The notes: generated by a model from the sequence alone, not told the origin. Counted from the stretch's first letter, positions 13,896 through 28,268 are shown. The stretch: 64,000 nt of DNA from Octopus sinensis (GCF_006345805.1 NC_043000.1:150164001-150228000), one strand, 5' to 3'. Program-made: numbers and translations.

Positions 13896-15343
13896 AGGTT
13901 AAGAGAAGTATAATGCAGAGTGTCTTTGCAGCTGAAATCCAGAAAGTCCAGTCAATAGAATTATCTCATGAGGTGTATATAAGCCATTTCGAAGTCAGAA
14001 GGTAGGAGAGGTGAATCTTAACATCCTTAGGATTACAACCATTTCACAGACTTCCTGATGTAATGTTAATTTCAATGTATAATAAATTATATTTACATGT
14101 CTGCACTAATATGCATGCTATGCATTACACAATACAATTGTATATTCGCAAATCAATGCAGATAAAGCAAGCTAGCTCATCTGATCACCAGAACATGATA
14201 GTTATACCAATGCCTCAACTCTGTTAGCATTCTTTATTAGTATTGATTTGTGAATATACAATTGTATTGGATAATTAGTGCAAACATGTAAACATAATTT
14301 ATTATACACTGAAATTATTATTACGTGAAGAAAGCTGTGAAACAGTCATAATCCTAAGGTTGACAAGTGGTTAAATAAACATAGTCACCTCTCATACCTC
14401 CTGACATTTTATGGTTTATATCATCATCATCTTCATCATCATCATTGTTTAATGTCTGCCTTCATTCATTTTATTTTATTTCAAACCATTCATTTCTCAC
14501 CAAATCATGCATTTTGATTTCCAAGATTCTTTGTGATGGTTTGTTTTCAAAGATTCTAAAACAACTAGCTATGATTTGATTGGTATGCCATGATTTTCTT
14601 CCATATATTAGAACACTTCTTGGAGTTTAATTTTCATATGTGACTTCCACTTATTTGAAAGCATTTCCATTGTTTAATTTTCTTTCCTAAATCCTTCAGT
14701 AAATTCAATTTCTAAAGACCCATCACACACAGTCCTCATAATTTTACTTATAACGGTGTATATTTTTAAGCTTTCATGTATTTCAACAGGCTTGTACACC
14801 ATTATTTATATTTTTGTGTTCTGCTTTGTAATCAAATCAATGTTGTAATTCAAATCAGCCAAATAACTTTCCATAAATCCATTCATTTCCTTCTCTTTCA
14901 TCTCTTCCTTTGTAGTGTAGTTTATTAGTTCAACAAACAGTAGAGGTGATAAAACAGCCCCTTGTAGCATTCCACAACTAACTTCAAATTCATTTGAGAA
15001 TTGATCAAATGCACAAATTGATCAAAAGTAAGTAACTCAGCAGTTACTTACTCCTTTGATGTATTGCATTTATGGGATTGACATATTTCTCCAGTAAATC
15101 ATAGTAATGTAGTACCTTCTATGGTGTAGACCAATGTATATTATCAATGGTCCTTTGAAAGTCTACAAAAACTACTATCAAACGCTGTTAGAAAATATTT
15201 CATCAAATAAGCACCTCCTATTTTCCAAAAATTTCTTTGAATCCCTATTTTTAACAACAGAGGTCCCAATTTTAAGGAAGTTATTTGAATTTTTAACTTT
15301 TTTTTCTCAACATTAAATGAATATGTATATAATATATATATAA

Positions 15344-15696
15344 GAGTGGCTTGCTTACCAACCACATAGTTCTGGGTTCAGTCCCACTGTGTGGCACCTT
15401 GGGCAATTGTCTTCTATAGCCAACCAAAGCCTTGTAAGTGGATTTGGTAGATGGAAACTGAAAGAAGCCCGTTGTATATGCATATATATGTGTGTGTGTG
15501 TTTGTGTATCTGTTTGACACCCACCAATGCTGGTGTGTTTACGTCCCTGTAACTTAGCGGTACAGCAAAAGAGACTGATAGAATAAGTACTAGGCTTACA
15601 AAGAATGAGTCCTGTGATCGATTGATTTGTTTGACTAAAGACAGTGCTCTAGTATGGCTGCAGTCAGACGACTGAGACAAATAAAAGAATAAAAGA
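15344..15696 (+). mobile_element. SINE family B
   Basis: Homologous to the other B copies. Confidence 0.85.
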
Positions 15697-15952
15697 AAAG
15701 AATATATATATATACACACACACACACACCCCTCATGTAGAAGGCATATAGTGTGTGTTTTTGTTGGCTTACTATACAACGCACTTGGGTAACAGTGTAC
15801 TTATGCTGCTTGTTTCACTTGCTTTTATCCATTTGCTTTCAGTCAGATATCTATAAAATGTTAAAATCTAATTCACATATTTAACACTGAAAATTAGTTT
15901 ATTCTGAAATTTGCAAAACATCATGGCTGTTTGGTTGAGAAGGTTGCTTTTC

Positions 15953-16301
15953 AGGCCGATGCCAACGCCGCCTCGACTGGCTTCTGTGCCGGTTACACAT
16001 AAAAAGCACCACCCGAACGTGGCCGATGCCAGCACCGCCTTGGCTGGCTTCCGTGCCGGTGGCACATTAAAAGCACCAACCGAGCCGATGCCAGACTCCC
16101 CTGGCACCTGTGCCGGTGGCATGTAAAAAGCACCCACTACACTCGCGGAGTGGTTGGCGTTAGGAAGGGCATCCAGCTGTAGAAACACTGCCAGATCAGA
16201 CTGGAGCCTGGTGCAGCCCCTGGCTTCCCAGACCCCGGTCGAACCGTCCAACCCATGCTAGCGTGGAAAACGGACGTTAAACGATGATGATGATGATGAT
16301 G
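15953..16301 (+). mobile_element. Family C element with ~61-bp tandem units
   Basis: gccggtggcac-taaaaagcacc units; (GAT)n tail. Confidence 0.85.
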
Positions 16302-17111
16302 ATTCAGTCCCATTACACAGCACCTTCAACACGTATCTTCTACTATAGAGGTCTATATATATGTGTATGTGTATTTTGCGTGTCCTTGTCTTGACATAAT
16401 GTGATGGCTGTAAAACAAGCATCACCATCAAAGAAATAATGTTGTTCATTTCTGGTTTTCTGTGAAAACATGTCTGGGCATGAGAAATATTACCTTGCTT
16501 AGTTACAAGTGAGGATTGGTAACAGGAAGGACACCCACCTATAGAAAATCTGTCAATTATTATCAAAATTACTAATTCTAGTAAAATGGGGCAAGGGGAA
16601 CAACTTTGAAATTATCAATTTCACTTAATTGAATATAAAATAACGGCTTCAAATGTTGGCACAAGGCTAACAATTTCAGGGGTGGTTTAAGTCAATTCCA
16701 TTGATCCCAGTACTCAACTGGTACTTATTTTATTGACCCCCAAAAGGACGAAATGCAAAGTCAACCTTGGCAGAATTTGAACTCAGAACATAAAATTGGA
16801 TGAAATGTTGCTAAGTATTTTACCCAGCATGCAAACAATTCTGCCAACCTACCACCTTTAATTAAATATAAAATAATAGGACCAGTTTAATTTATAAATT
16901 TAGCATCATAAAATTTACAATAACTACTATTATGGCGTATGATCCTCTGAATTGTTTGATTTTATGTAATTTTCACCTAAGCTTATTGATAAATACAACC
17001 ACCCACTCACTTCTTTTTTTCCCTCTATCATCCTGCAACTGTCTCACTTCATAATCCTTGAACTTAAACACTTTGCCTAATCATTTTTATCTAGAACTTC
17101 ACACCTCTTAA

Positions 17112-17333
17112 CCCTTTCATTACCATATTTATTTTGAGATGCTCTGTGTTTCTTTCAATTAATTTGAAATATAACAAAGAATTTAGTAAAATAACTTAGT
17201 CATCTTTAAGCTAGTGTTAGGAACATAAATTGTGACAAAGGTTTGGTGGAAGATTTTAATTCTAAACTTATGAAAACAAGACATTTGTACAACAGAGCCA
17301 GAGGCGGTTTCAGCCGGGTTGGTATCGAAAGGG
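17112..17333. mobile_element. piggyBac-type MITE (CCCTTTCRTTAC TIR family)
   Basis: TTAA TSDs; TIR matches the 31896 element; body homologous to 54359-54573. Confidence 0.85.
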
Positions 17334-19899
17334 TTAAATTCATTCAACGTTTAGGTTTTTTTCTTTCCATCCACTCACCAAATTCCAAATCTTTTGAAAT
17401 AGCCATTAATCACTTTAACTTCACCCAAGTTATCTTTAGGATGACTGTAAAAATTATGTGACATTTTCTCCCTCTCATCATATGAGTGAAAAAATAATTG
17501 AATATGCGGGAGAAAATGTTTTATTTCAGGAAGTTACAGTGTGCACCGGTTTATTTTTCCTGATTATACATTAGTAGCTTGGTGCTATTTATTATTACTT
17601 TCAGGTTTTGCAAAATAAGAATCAGTATCAAATTAATTGTTGGTGGTGGTGGTGGCAGTGGCAGCCGTCGTCATCGTTGTCATCTTTCCTAGTGACAGGT
17701 GGAGATAGCTGGATCAGTTTCAATTCTCTCATTCAGTAAACTTTGTCCATTATACCTCTAGAGACTACTAAATAAATGATTTATTGGAATCAGTTCAACA
17801 ATCTCTGTAAATTATTGGTTGCACCTAAACAATTGACTTTCTGCCGACATAAAAGAAATGCTTGTTCTCAGTGTTCTTCATCTTCCCTAAATATTTGATG
17901 TTTAATTCCTAATTAAAAACCAACTTGTCATTTTTCCTCAGTAAAAATATCGGTTTCCTTGTATCTTCTAAAGCAGTGGCTCTGAACCATTTTTTACTTA
18001 TGGACCTCTTTGGTTCCTATTTTATTCAGATAGACTCTCATAGCCATTTGATGTTTTTAAAAATTCTATTACATTTTTTATTAGGAATTGTATTGAAGAA
18101 AAATGCTAAAATATTTTGTGTATTGAAGAAGTATAACCAGTTTATTTCACACAAATTTTAACAAAATCTTTCATGAATTCCTAAAAGCCATATGATCTGT
18201 TGATAACCACTACCTTAAACCAACCTCATTTGACTTAACAAGTCTTTTGCTGACGTGTTTGTGTGTGTTCCTTAGCAGAGTCTCCACTTTCAACAATAAA
18301 TTTTTTTAACTCCCATAAGAACTATCTTGGACCCTAAGGAATTGTACAACTCCTGTTGGTATGGCTGACAGATTGACCGATCCCATCATAGGTCCACTTA
18401 TTCCACCCACCTCATTACTATTACCACTTTTCCCTTCCCCTCTCCTTCACACTAACCCCTGACTGTACTCTTTCCCTTCCCCTCCCTTCGGTCATCTTTA
18501 TACCCCACCCCAACACTACTCTCTCCATTACCAGCTTCTCACAATAAACATGTTCCTGAAAACACTGGATGCTCTCCTTCACTTTGCTAGATGACCCACA
18601 GCAGTGCTGGTGCTGCAAAAAGCACCCGGTACACTAAGTAATTGGTTATCGATTGAAGCAGCAGTCACATAGGGCTTGAGTTGGTTCTTTAGTCTTGTTG
18701 ATGGTAAGGTAACTGCTATAGTGCTGGTGTATGAAAAAATGCATCTAGTACACCTTGTATAGAAGCTGGTGTTAGGAAGGAGGAAAGGTATCCAGCCATA
18801 GAATCATTCCAGAAATATAACATTGGAGCGATGAACTATTCTATCAATGCCAGCATGGGAAGAGAATAGACAATGATAATGATGATTTTATATATGTGCT
18901 TGTGAATATATGCATGTATATATGCTATAAATGTTTATATTACTAATCATGCAAAATTTATTTGCACATGCTTTTTTTTTAAGCTTTTCTTGTCCTTATT
19001 TTTTTTTAATCCATTGTTATTGTCAATTAGATTGTTATTCATTGGGTAATATTATGATGTCAAACATAAGCAAAAGATAGTCATGGTCACTGGGTCCTTC
19101 CTGGCGGAATAAAAATACTCATATCAGCTTTTTTGCTCTTTTAACTATAGAAAACAGTGAGTAATCGATCCCATACAATCACTCATTCATATAAGTAATG
19201 GATTGTTAGTGGGTATGATTTTTAGTAAAGAATTTTGTTTCCAAAATACATAAGTATAATATATGTATACTGTCATGTTCTAAATTATTATAACGTGCTT
19301 CTGGTAACATGCATTTCTTACTGTTTTTACAGTCATTTCTGTACTATTATATTCTTTTATATTTTGGAGCAATAATTTGCATCTTTTGTTGGGGTGGCTG
19401 AGTCTGAAAGAAGGGGCACTGCTCATGACTTTCACAGGCTCTCCTTGCCATTAATGTTCCATTTTAAACTATTGCAGATAAACAACTGCAAAGAATTCAT
19501 GAGCAGATTCCAGGAGGCTGGTTTCTGGGAAGTCCTTACTGGGAACGATGGTTTGTTGGGAGGTTGGATACCATAAAGGTAACAGAAATTTGAGAGATGG
19601 GTGGATTGTGGGAGGGTGGTTGAAATGCAATCTGTTTAAATAAACACTAGAATCAATTCCATCAATAGCTATTTTACTTATAAAAAGGACATTGTAGCAA
19701 CACAAAAGTAATCCGTATTTTTATTTTCAATCCTCTCCTCTCCTACAACTGAAATGACTACTGTTTACTCTAGTAATTTCATCCACCTCTCCCCCAAGCA
19801 TGAAAAGTGGTATTAACTCTACCAGAAATTTAAATCAGGATCTAGTTTTAAAAAGTTATGTACAGTCCAATGTTTAGTCTCATATTCTTATGTTTCTAT

Positions 19900-20115
19900 C
19901 TTCTTCACACCCCGCCCCGTGACCAAGTGTGTACCGTTGGCGATTTTTTTTTCCTCCATCTTCCCTTCTTTGGATCTTTCCTTTTCCTATGTTTCTGACA
20001 AAGAACTCCGTTCGAAATGTTAAATCCTCCTTCTTTCCTTCTTTCCTGAGTGTCCAATAACACTATACTTGTTCCACGTCCTCGCATTGTGTTTTCTCTT
20101 TGTGTTTTCATGTTT
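19900..20115 (+). mobile_element. Probable Penelope-like element terminal fragment with a decayed hammerhead motif at 19991-20025
   Basis: GUUU-CUGACAAA-GAAC ucc GUUC-GAAA-UG-UU/AAAU, followed by a pyrimidine-rich tail similar in character to 50820-51000. Confidence 0.4.
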
Positions 20116-20126
20116 GGATTAACTAT

Positions 20127-20316
20127 ATCATCATCATCATCATTTAACGTCCGTTCTCCATGCTAGCATGGGTTGGACGGTTCGACCGGAGATCTGGGAA
20201 GCCAGAAGGCTGCACCAGGCTCCAGTCTTATCTGGCAGTGTTTCTACAGCTGGATGCCCTTCCTAACGCCAACCACTCCGTGAGTGTAGTGGGTGCTTTT
20301 TACGTGCCACCAGCAC
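20127..20316 (-). mobile_element. Family C element, short
   Basis: Homologous to the other C copies. Confidence 0.85.
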
Positions 20317-20477
20317 ATAAATATATATATATATATTACAGTTTATAATGTTTTCTGTGGGAATTACATATGAGACGATGTTGATGATAATGGGTTTTTT
20401 ATTTCTTTCTATAATTTTATATAATCTCTTTGGGTAGGTTATCCAAACTACTGAATCATAATTAGGCACACACTGAC

Positions 20478-20719
<242 letters not shown>

Positions 20720-20835
20720 CATACACATGCACCAGCTCTTTTACATTTGGAATCAGTTTAATGATCATTGTACATTATTAAAAGAATGTTGGTATTTCCT
20801 GATTTTTAAAAAATTATCGTTTCTGTTTATTCCAG

Positions 20836-20876
20836 TCTCCTCAAGCATCAATTGAAGATCCACAGCTAAATATTAT
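20836..20876 (+). CDS. R3HDM: R3HDM-family gene, first coding exon found in window (41 nt, SPQASIEDPQLNI-M)
   Basis: ttccag acceptor and gtaagt donor; the final 'at' joins 'g' of the next exon to give an in-frame ATG. Confidence 0.7.
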
Positions 20877-21390
20877 GTAAGTCTTTTTTTCTGTCTTGAT
20901 TTGTATTTTATCATTTTTCTGAAAATGCTTTTTTTTTTTACTACAATATGCATTGCAGTTGAAAAAAACTAAAAACAATACTTACTTTTTCTTTCTGTAA
21001 TAAACAATCTTTTACAAATATAAAGGAACTGTATCCTAAGGGAAATCATTTTTAAACTTGTAGAGTAAATGATTGATTGCTTCAATAATAAAATAAGCAT
21101 TAAACACAAATGGATTAAATCGTAGCATAGCAAGAGAGGTTGGTTAAGATCGGGATGCTGGTTAATGTAATGTGAAAAATACATGTAGTTTCTATTGGGG
21201 AAGAACTTCAGAGATTCAATATGCTTTACATGAAGCTTTACATGTAATAGTGAATGCTGAAATTAATATCTTCATCTTCTTTTATTACTGGCATTGAAAG
21301 AAAATATTTTCTCCAAATGAAATAAACATAACTGTTCCTACTAATTGGTATGCAGACTTAAACTCTTATATATGCCAGGAGTTCTTGGAA

Positions 21391-21422
<32 letters not shown>

Positions 21423-21660
21423 CATATTTTGCTCAATTTAAAAGGAAGAAAATAATCCTTTAGATGTCAATTTAGAGTGATATCAATTTTAATGCAGAAA
21501 ACATCAAACAACTTGAGGAATTCGATATAATTGCTTTTAGAATTAACAGTATTTAACTATAAAACAATATTTACATTTGGTCCAATTACATCCTACTTAA
21601 TCAAAAAAATACCTTTAAACACAAACTACAATATATTTATGTTATCCCATTAATTTTCAG

Positions 21661-21872
21661 GAGAAAGCTGTCTCGACCTGCTAGCTTAGGTGGCAGTAAG
21701 GAAGATCTTGGTTCAAGACCTTGGAGCAGTACGGACTCCTCTAGTGGTTATGGTACAGATAGCTCAGTTAAATCCAGAATGCCAGTCACAAAAGCTGGTA
21801 GCTTTGGAGGCTTCTCTAGTTCTCATAATGTTAAGACTGGCATCTACAGGGGTGCAAGTTTATCAAAAACAG
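21661..21872 (+). CDS. R3HDM: R3HDM-family exon (RKLSRPASLGGSKEDLGSRPWSSTDSSSGYG...MPVTKAGSFGGF...)
   Basis: ttttcag/gtttgt boundaries; PWSSTDS and VTKxxSF are motifs I recognise downstream of the SUZ domain in R3HDM1/2 and ARPP21. Confidence 0.9.
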
Positions 21873-22200
21873 GTTTGTTCATCTTTTTTTCTTTCTTTTT
21901 TTTTTTGTTAATATTATGTCTGTGGTGTTTTTTTATTTTTCCTTTCCATCATGCTAGCTAGACATATAATTAATTTCTTTGCAGGAATATTGATACATTT
22001 TAAAATCCATTCAAACTCAATCTTAAATTATAGTGACAATGTATAAAATATCAGTACCTTATATGTTTGTGGTTTATACACCAGGAAACTTGATAGACCT
22101 TTAGAGCTATATCCATATAAAAAACAACATTATCTAGTTTTGTGGAGGAGGATATTTTTAATTAAAATACAGGACAATTTTTCTGTTGTTTTTTTTTCTA

Positions 22201-22747
22201 TCGGTGGCATGTAAAAGCACCATCCGTTCGTGTCTGTTGCCAGCCTCGCCTGGCCCCCGTGCCGGTGACACCATCCGTTTCGTGGCCGTTTGCCAGCTCT
22301 GTCTGGCCCCCGTGTTGGTGGCACGTAAAAGCACCATCCGTTCGTGTCCGTTGCCAGCCTCGCCTGGCCCCCGTGCCGGTGACACATAAAAGCACCATCC
22401 GTTCGTGGCCGTTTGCCAGCCTCGCCTGGCCCCCATGCCGGTGGCACGTAAAAAGCACCATCCGTTCGTGGCCGTTTGCCAGCCTGCCTGGCCCCCATGC
22501 CGGTGGCACATAAAAAGCACCATCTGATCGTGGCCGTTTGCCAGACTCGTCTGGCACCTGTGCGGGTGGCACGTAAAAAGCACCCACTATACTCACGGAG
22601 TGGTTGGCGTTAGGAAGGGCATCTAGCCGTAGAAACACTGCCAGATCTGACTGGGCCTGATGAAGCCTTCCAGCTTCACAGACCCCAGTTGAACCATCCA
22701 ACCCATGCTAGCATGGAAAACGGACGCTAAATGATGATGATGATGAT
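22201..22747 (+). mobile_element. Family C element with about 6 tandem 61-62-bp units
   Basis: Repeated gccggtggcacgtaaaaagcaccatccgttcgtggccgttgccagcctcgcctggcccc. Confidence 0.88.
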
Positions 22748-23969
22748 TTCAATCAAAATTTAAATACATACAATAAAAGGACTAACCTACTTTCAGTTTA
22801 ATTATTGTATTAACAAAATTGAGCAGTCAATTTCAACCCTATTCTTTCTCAAATCCTTGTTCCAGTAAATATAATTATTTGACTTTCTGGAGTTTTGAAA
22901 ACGGTGTGGGCTCAGCTACAGACACCCAAAAATCAAGCAATTGTGGTATTAATTTCTAGCCATATATTCGGCTTTTCCACGTATTGCATCAAAATCAATT
23001 GAAATACAAGGAATGTGTATTTCACTTCAAACATGGTGAATAATGAGTTATGAATCAGTGTTACTACTCATTTACATTTGTTGCTAAATAGTTCCTTCCA
23101 GTACCTTAACTTTTCTAGTTGAAAAAGAACCGTACACTCCTTACAGTATGTTTCCATGGAAACCACATGTAGTACAAAGACTGATTCATAAAAAACAGGA
23201 TTTTCTCTTCGGAGCAAGAAATTACTTAAACCTTCAAATAGTCGGTGAAAACAGCCCCTATACTACTGCTTATCTGTGAAGGAAGAATTTTACATACACA
23301 CATCCTCAAGTTTACATCAATGTAAAATTTGTCTGATAAACAAGCCTTCAGTCAGCAACATTTTACAACCAGTGACCAAATACTGAGCTGCTTTCTTCCT
23401 CTGTTCCTACAAATGAAGCTATAATGAATGGCCTCTAATTTTCTGAACTTATTGTTTGTATATTACTCTTACCTGAAGCCACACAAATACTTTAGTCAAT
23501 TCTTTTCTCCTTGGAATTATTTCAATCTCTACTGCTTTTTCATTCTCTTTAACTTCTAATCTGCAACAATTCATATGTAATATCAAACTCTGCCAATTTT
23601 TCCTAGATGTCTCTGCACTCCAGAAAGACCTGTAAATCTCCACCCTGACCCCACTTCTTCAGATTAACTTTTGAAGAAATATAATATTCACTGCAAAATA
23701 AATTAGAACTATTCAGTTCAGCTTTATCATTGTAATCCATGCTTTCTTAACATTCCTGCAACTTGGGTACAAGTTACGTAAATCATCTTTGTTTTTATTT
23801 AGTAAACATTCTATGCATTTGGGGATTCTTTTTTGCTTTTTTTATCTTTTTAATAATTCACCATCAGAATCCAGTTTCCATCACTGTAGTTTTACATTAT
23901 ATCCCTACACAAAATACACACCACAACTTAAGCTTCTTGTTGAATTAAGATTGTTTTTTTCCTTTTTAG

Positions 23970-24119
23970 ATTCTATTAGCAGCGGAACATCCAGCTGTCT
24001 TGGAAGTCCAATGCCAACTATTCCTTGTACCCCTCCACGAAGTAGTGTCAGTCCACATTTTATAGGGAGCAGTACCGCATCAGCTCCTCTTCAATCCCCT
24101 CTGCAAACTAACTCTGCAG
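23970..24119 (+). CDS. R3HDM: R3HDM-family exon (DSISSGTSSCLGSPMPTIPCTPPRSS...TNSA)
   Basis: tttttag/gtaaat boundaries; phase 1-1, matches both neighbours; open Ser/Pro-rich frame. Confidence 0.85.
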
Positions 24120-25230
24120 GTAAATAATATTTTGATTCAAATTCTTTATATTCAAAAAGAAAAAAAATAGGACCAGTCCAATTTTAAACATGGGAAAACA
24201 CTTTTAATTAGATCTCTGATAAATACAAAATGCAGTCATCTACTCTGGTGCTTTTATTATTGAAATACATTTATATAATGCAGTTGATTTTTATACAAAT
24301 GAAAATTGTTCCAACATATGTACATATTTTTTTTATATCTTTAATTTTGAAATAGTTTGTTTATAAAAAGAATGTTTCATTTTACTTTTAATGCATTAAT
24401 TATCCGTTCTACATTACTCTTAATCAACAGGTTTGTTTTTTTTTTTTTTTTTTGAACAGTGGAATATAGAAAGGCAAAATTTTAACTTTCAAAAAGAGAT
24501 ATTATTATAACCTACTTATTGAAGCAAGCTCAATTTTTATTACTTTTTTTTTTTTTTTGCTCCACTGCCTATGTTTTCAATTTTTCTTCAAGTGGAAATA
24601 AAAACACACTAAATCAATTACTAAAGCTCTATAAATCAACACCCAACAAAGGATATGCAAAGAGTTATTGATTTATTTTACTTTGTTTTTTTTTTCTTTG
24701 TTTTTATTTTGCAGTGAGCAATTGATTTTAGGTAGCTTTTCTATAAAACTCACACTGGACTATCTAGCATTATTATAATTTGAAAGTGAATTCCCAAACA
24801 TTGACAATATAGATGCTATTAGTAAACCGAAATGCTACAAGAATTTAGTAACTTATATATTTGACATTAATTTGGTCTTCACCTATGCATAAGCTAACAG
24901 AATGGATGTGTGTGTGTGTAAATGTATTCATTTGGGTACATATCAAAATATCAAAATTCATTTTTATCATTTATTGTGCCTTTCAATCATTTGTATATTT
25001 CTTTGCTCTCTTTAATATGATGACCTCTGCCTTACAAAACTCATTAGTCATATCTACCATCAAGGATAATTTCATGTTATTCTCCATTCTCATGTTAACT
25101 GCCTCTGTACACTACAATACTGCTTCCTCTCATACATAGCTTGCTTAGATGCTTCTATGATTAACATGTTGGAAAATATTTGCTATAGTTGTGCAGTTGT
25201 TCATAGCCCAATGTGCTATGATATATTATA

Positions 25231-25626
25231 TGATCATCATCATCATCATCATCGTTTAACGTCCGTTTTCCACGCTAGCACGGGTTGGACGGTTCGACCG
25301 GGGTCTGGGGAGCCGGGGGCTGCTCCAGGCTCCAGTCTGATCTGGCAGTGTTTCTACAGCTGGATGCCCTTCCTAATGCCAACCACTCCACGAGTGTAGT
25401 GGGTGCTTTTTATGTGCCACCTGCACAGGTGCCAGTCGAGGTGGTGCTGGCATCGGCCACGATCGGTTGGTGCTTTTTATGTGCCACCGGCACAGAAGCC
25501 AGTCAAGGTGGTGCTGGCATCGGCCACGTTTGGATGGGGCTTTTTATATGCCACCGGCACAGAAGCCAGTCGGGGCGGTGCTGGCATCGGCCACGTTCGG
25601 ATGGTGCTTTTTATGTGCCACCGGCA
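25231..25626 (-). mobile_element. Family C element with 3-4 tandem units
   Basis: Homologous to the other C copies. Confidence 0.85.
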
Positions 25627-26800
25627 CAAAATCTATTATTTCATTATTATATTTACCTTTTTCATATGTCTTATACCATTGTAGATAATGTTTGTAACAG
25701 TTTCACACAATAAAAAATTAAATGAAGCAGATTAAAAGGCTTTTTTAAATCATTATTTCATGTCAAAATGATGGACAATATGCTTCATATTACCTCTGGA
25801 TTTTATAGAAAGGAAATATTTGTCCAAAATTAATAAATATCTAATTTTGTAAGACAAAAACTAGATGGAGAGCAATAATGTGCTGATTTTTATAGCAGAC
25901 CTCTCAGAGATCATTTACAGGTTAATTAAAAGGGGAAGCCTATATGCTGTCAATGTCAGGAAAATCTACTTGAAAATTTGAGTGGCAATTTTATCACTGC
26001 TGCAACATCTCTGCTTTGTACTTGTTCTATTAGTACTGCCAAGGATGATGTGCCAAGGAACTCTCGTGTCCCACCAAAGTCATCTCATACACACATTGCA
26101 TTTACAATCATTGCTGAGTCTCTAGAAGTGAATTGTTTGAGACCTGGAAAGGGGGACTAGAGTCAAAGCCGTTACACCAGAATCATTATGCTCATCTCAG
26201 AGTATGGATATAAGTATATTTCCTTTGTGCTTTTTTTTTTTATGTTTCTCTATGGTTTTTGCAAACATTACTGCATCATAATTCTGATTGTACTTTACGA
26301 ATAGACACAACGATAGCTAGTATTCTGTTATGCATATTAGCTTTGCAATAAATGTCCTCTGCATTGTATATATACTCTTCTTCTTGCTATCATTGATATG
26401 GTCTTAAAAGTAAGCAACTGCTATCTTGGTTATATTTAACTTAAAATTTTATTTCTTTTTAAAAAAACTTATTTGAGCTTGCAATCCTAAAGGACGTGCA
26501 TGTCTATCTCTTGGATTGCCATTTCTTTCTGTGATGCTATGCCTAGTTAGTTACTGAAGTTAAAATTGTTGGATACCTGCAATTGATATTCTAAAATAAA
26601 TGTTTATGCTCTTGTTTTTGTAATAGGGAAACATGGCCATTCTGCATAAGTCATCTAAAAGTATAAACTGCTCCAAAAATAAAGTGATCCCATGCATGTC
26701 AGCAGTCCCCACACTAGGGAAAATTCCTTCTTTTTTTTTCTTTCAGTAAAACAAAAATACTATATATACAGCAGTACTACAGTGGTAATGTGAACAAAAA

Positions 26801-27194
26801 AGGTGGCGAGCTGGCAGAAACGTTAGCACGCCGGGCGAAATGCTTAGCGGTATTTCGTCTGCGTTACGTTGTGAGTTCACATTCTGCCGAGGTCGACTTA
26901 CTCAGAGTATCACTATGACAGTAAGGTTTGAACTGATGACCACCTGGTCAGTATTGTAGTACAGGTGGCGAGCTGGCAGAAACGTTAGCACGCTGGGCGA
27001 AATGCTTTGCGGTATTTCGTCTGCCACTGCGTTCTGAGTTCAAATTCCGCCGAGGTCGACTTTGCCTTTCATCCTTTCGGGGTCAATAAATTAAGTACCA
27101 GTTACGCACTGGGGTCGATCTAATCGACTTAATACCTATGTCTGTCCTTGTTTGTCCCCTCTGTTTTTAGCCCCTTGTGGGTAGTAAAGAAATA
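26801..27194 (+). mobile_element. SINE A dimer (truncated copy, ~65-bp insert, full copy) under one 15-bp TSD
   Basis: ggtaatgtgaacaaa at 26784-26798 and 27195-27209. Confidence 0.85.
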
Positions 27195-28211
27195 GGTAAT
27201 GTGAACAAATATAACTAGGTTTATGCCGCAGTATTTTGTGAGTAAATATATCTGACAAGATTGACCTAATTCATATCAGTTTTTTAGAAATAGATATTAG
27301 GAAGAGAAATGATTAAGAATTAATCCTATATACATGGATACTGCCATAGAACCTTGTCATTTGGAATCAATTAGGCACAACTAATTCTAATGTGGTTGCT
27401 CTTCTTTCAGTTGTTGACATTTTTCATCACCATTCATCTGCCATACTGGCATGAGTTGGATAGTTAGGCAGGATCCAATGAGTCAGAGGACTGCATCAAG
27501 CTCCAATATCTACTGTGGCATGATTCCTACAGTTGGATACCCTTTCTAATACCAACCACTTCACAGTGTTTACTGGTTGCTTTATTCATGACACCAACAC
27601 TAGTGAGGTTGCCAAGTAATTTACAAGATAAAGAAAAAACTTCCCCTTCTCAGCTAAGTGATGTAGCAGAGAGGCAGGTGACTTTATGCTACATGTTAAG
27701 AGGCTAAAGTGTAATAGAGGGAGAGGCACGGGTGTCTTGCTAAAGAGGAAATACATGTCTACCCTTTTCATATCACCAGTACTGGAGTAGTCATGTCCCT
27801 CAACAAGATTAGAGGATCTCCATAACCTCATACTTTACAGGGTGTATTGTGTGTTTGTTTTGTGGCCATCTTCTCAACATGACTGAAGAAACCTCACAAT
27901 CCTGTCTCTCTTTGTTCATCAGCCTCATTACTGAGTGAGAAGCTTGAATGTTTGAGGCATAATTGAGAATGGTGGGAGAGATATTTGACAAACAGAATGC
28001 TAAGTAATCTGAGATGGATACATATGAACACTGCAACACGAGTGAGATGGCAGAGGTGATGACAAAAAACTATGACAGAGGCCCAGGATCTATGGGCAAA
28101 AATGAATAGAGTATGTTGTCAGATGTCAGATAGAGTAACACAAGATAATGACAGGTAGTACAAAAAAAAGGAGGCACGGGGTAGAGAGAACTGGGCACTA
28201 GTGGTCCTATG

Positions 28212-28268
<57 letters not shown>

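Noticed and set aside
22201-22570. CRISPR-like regular array
   Set aside because: Tandem units with no unique spacers, eukaryotic context, part of a LINE 3' UTR.
26932-26952. CTGATGA followed by a hairpin, as a hammerhead or C/D snoRNA
   Set aside because: No GAAA/UH half and no correctly placed D box.
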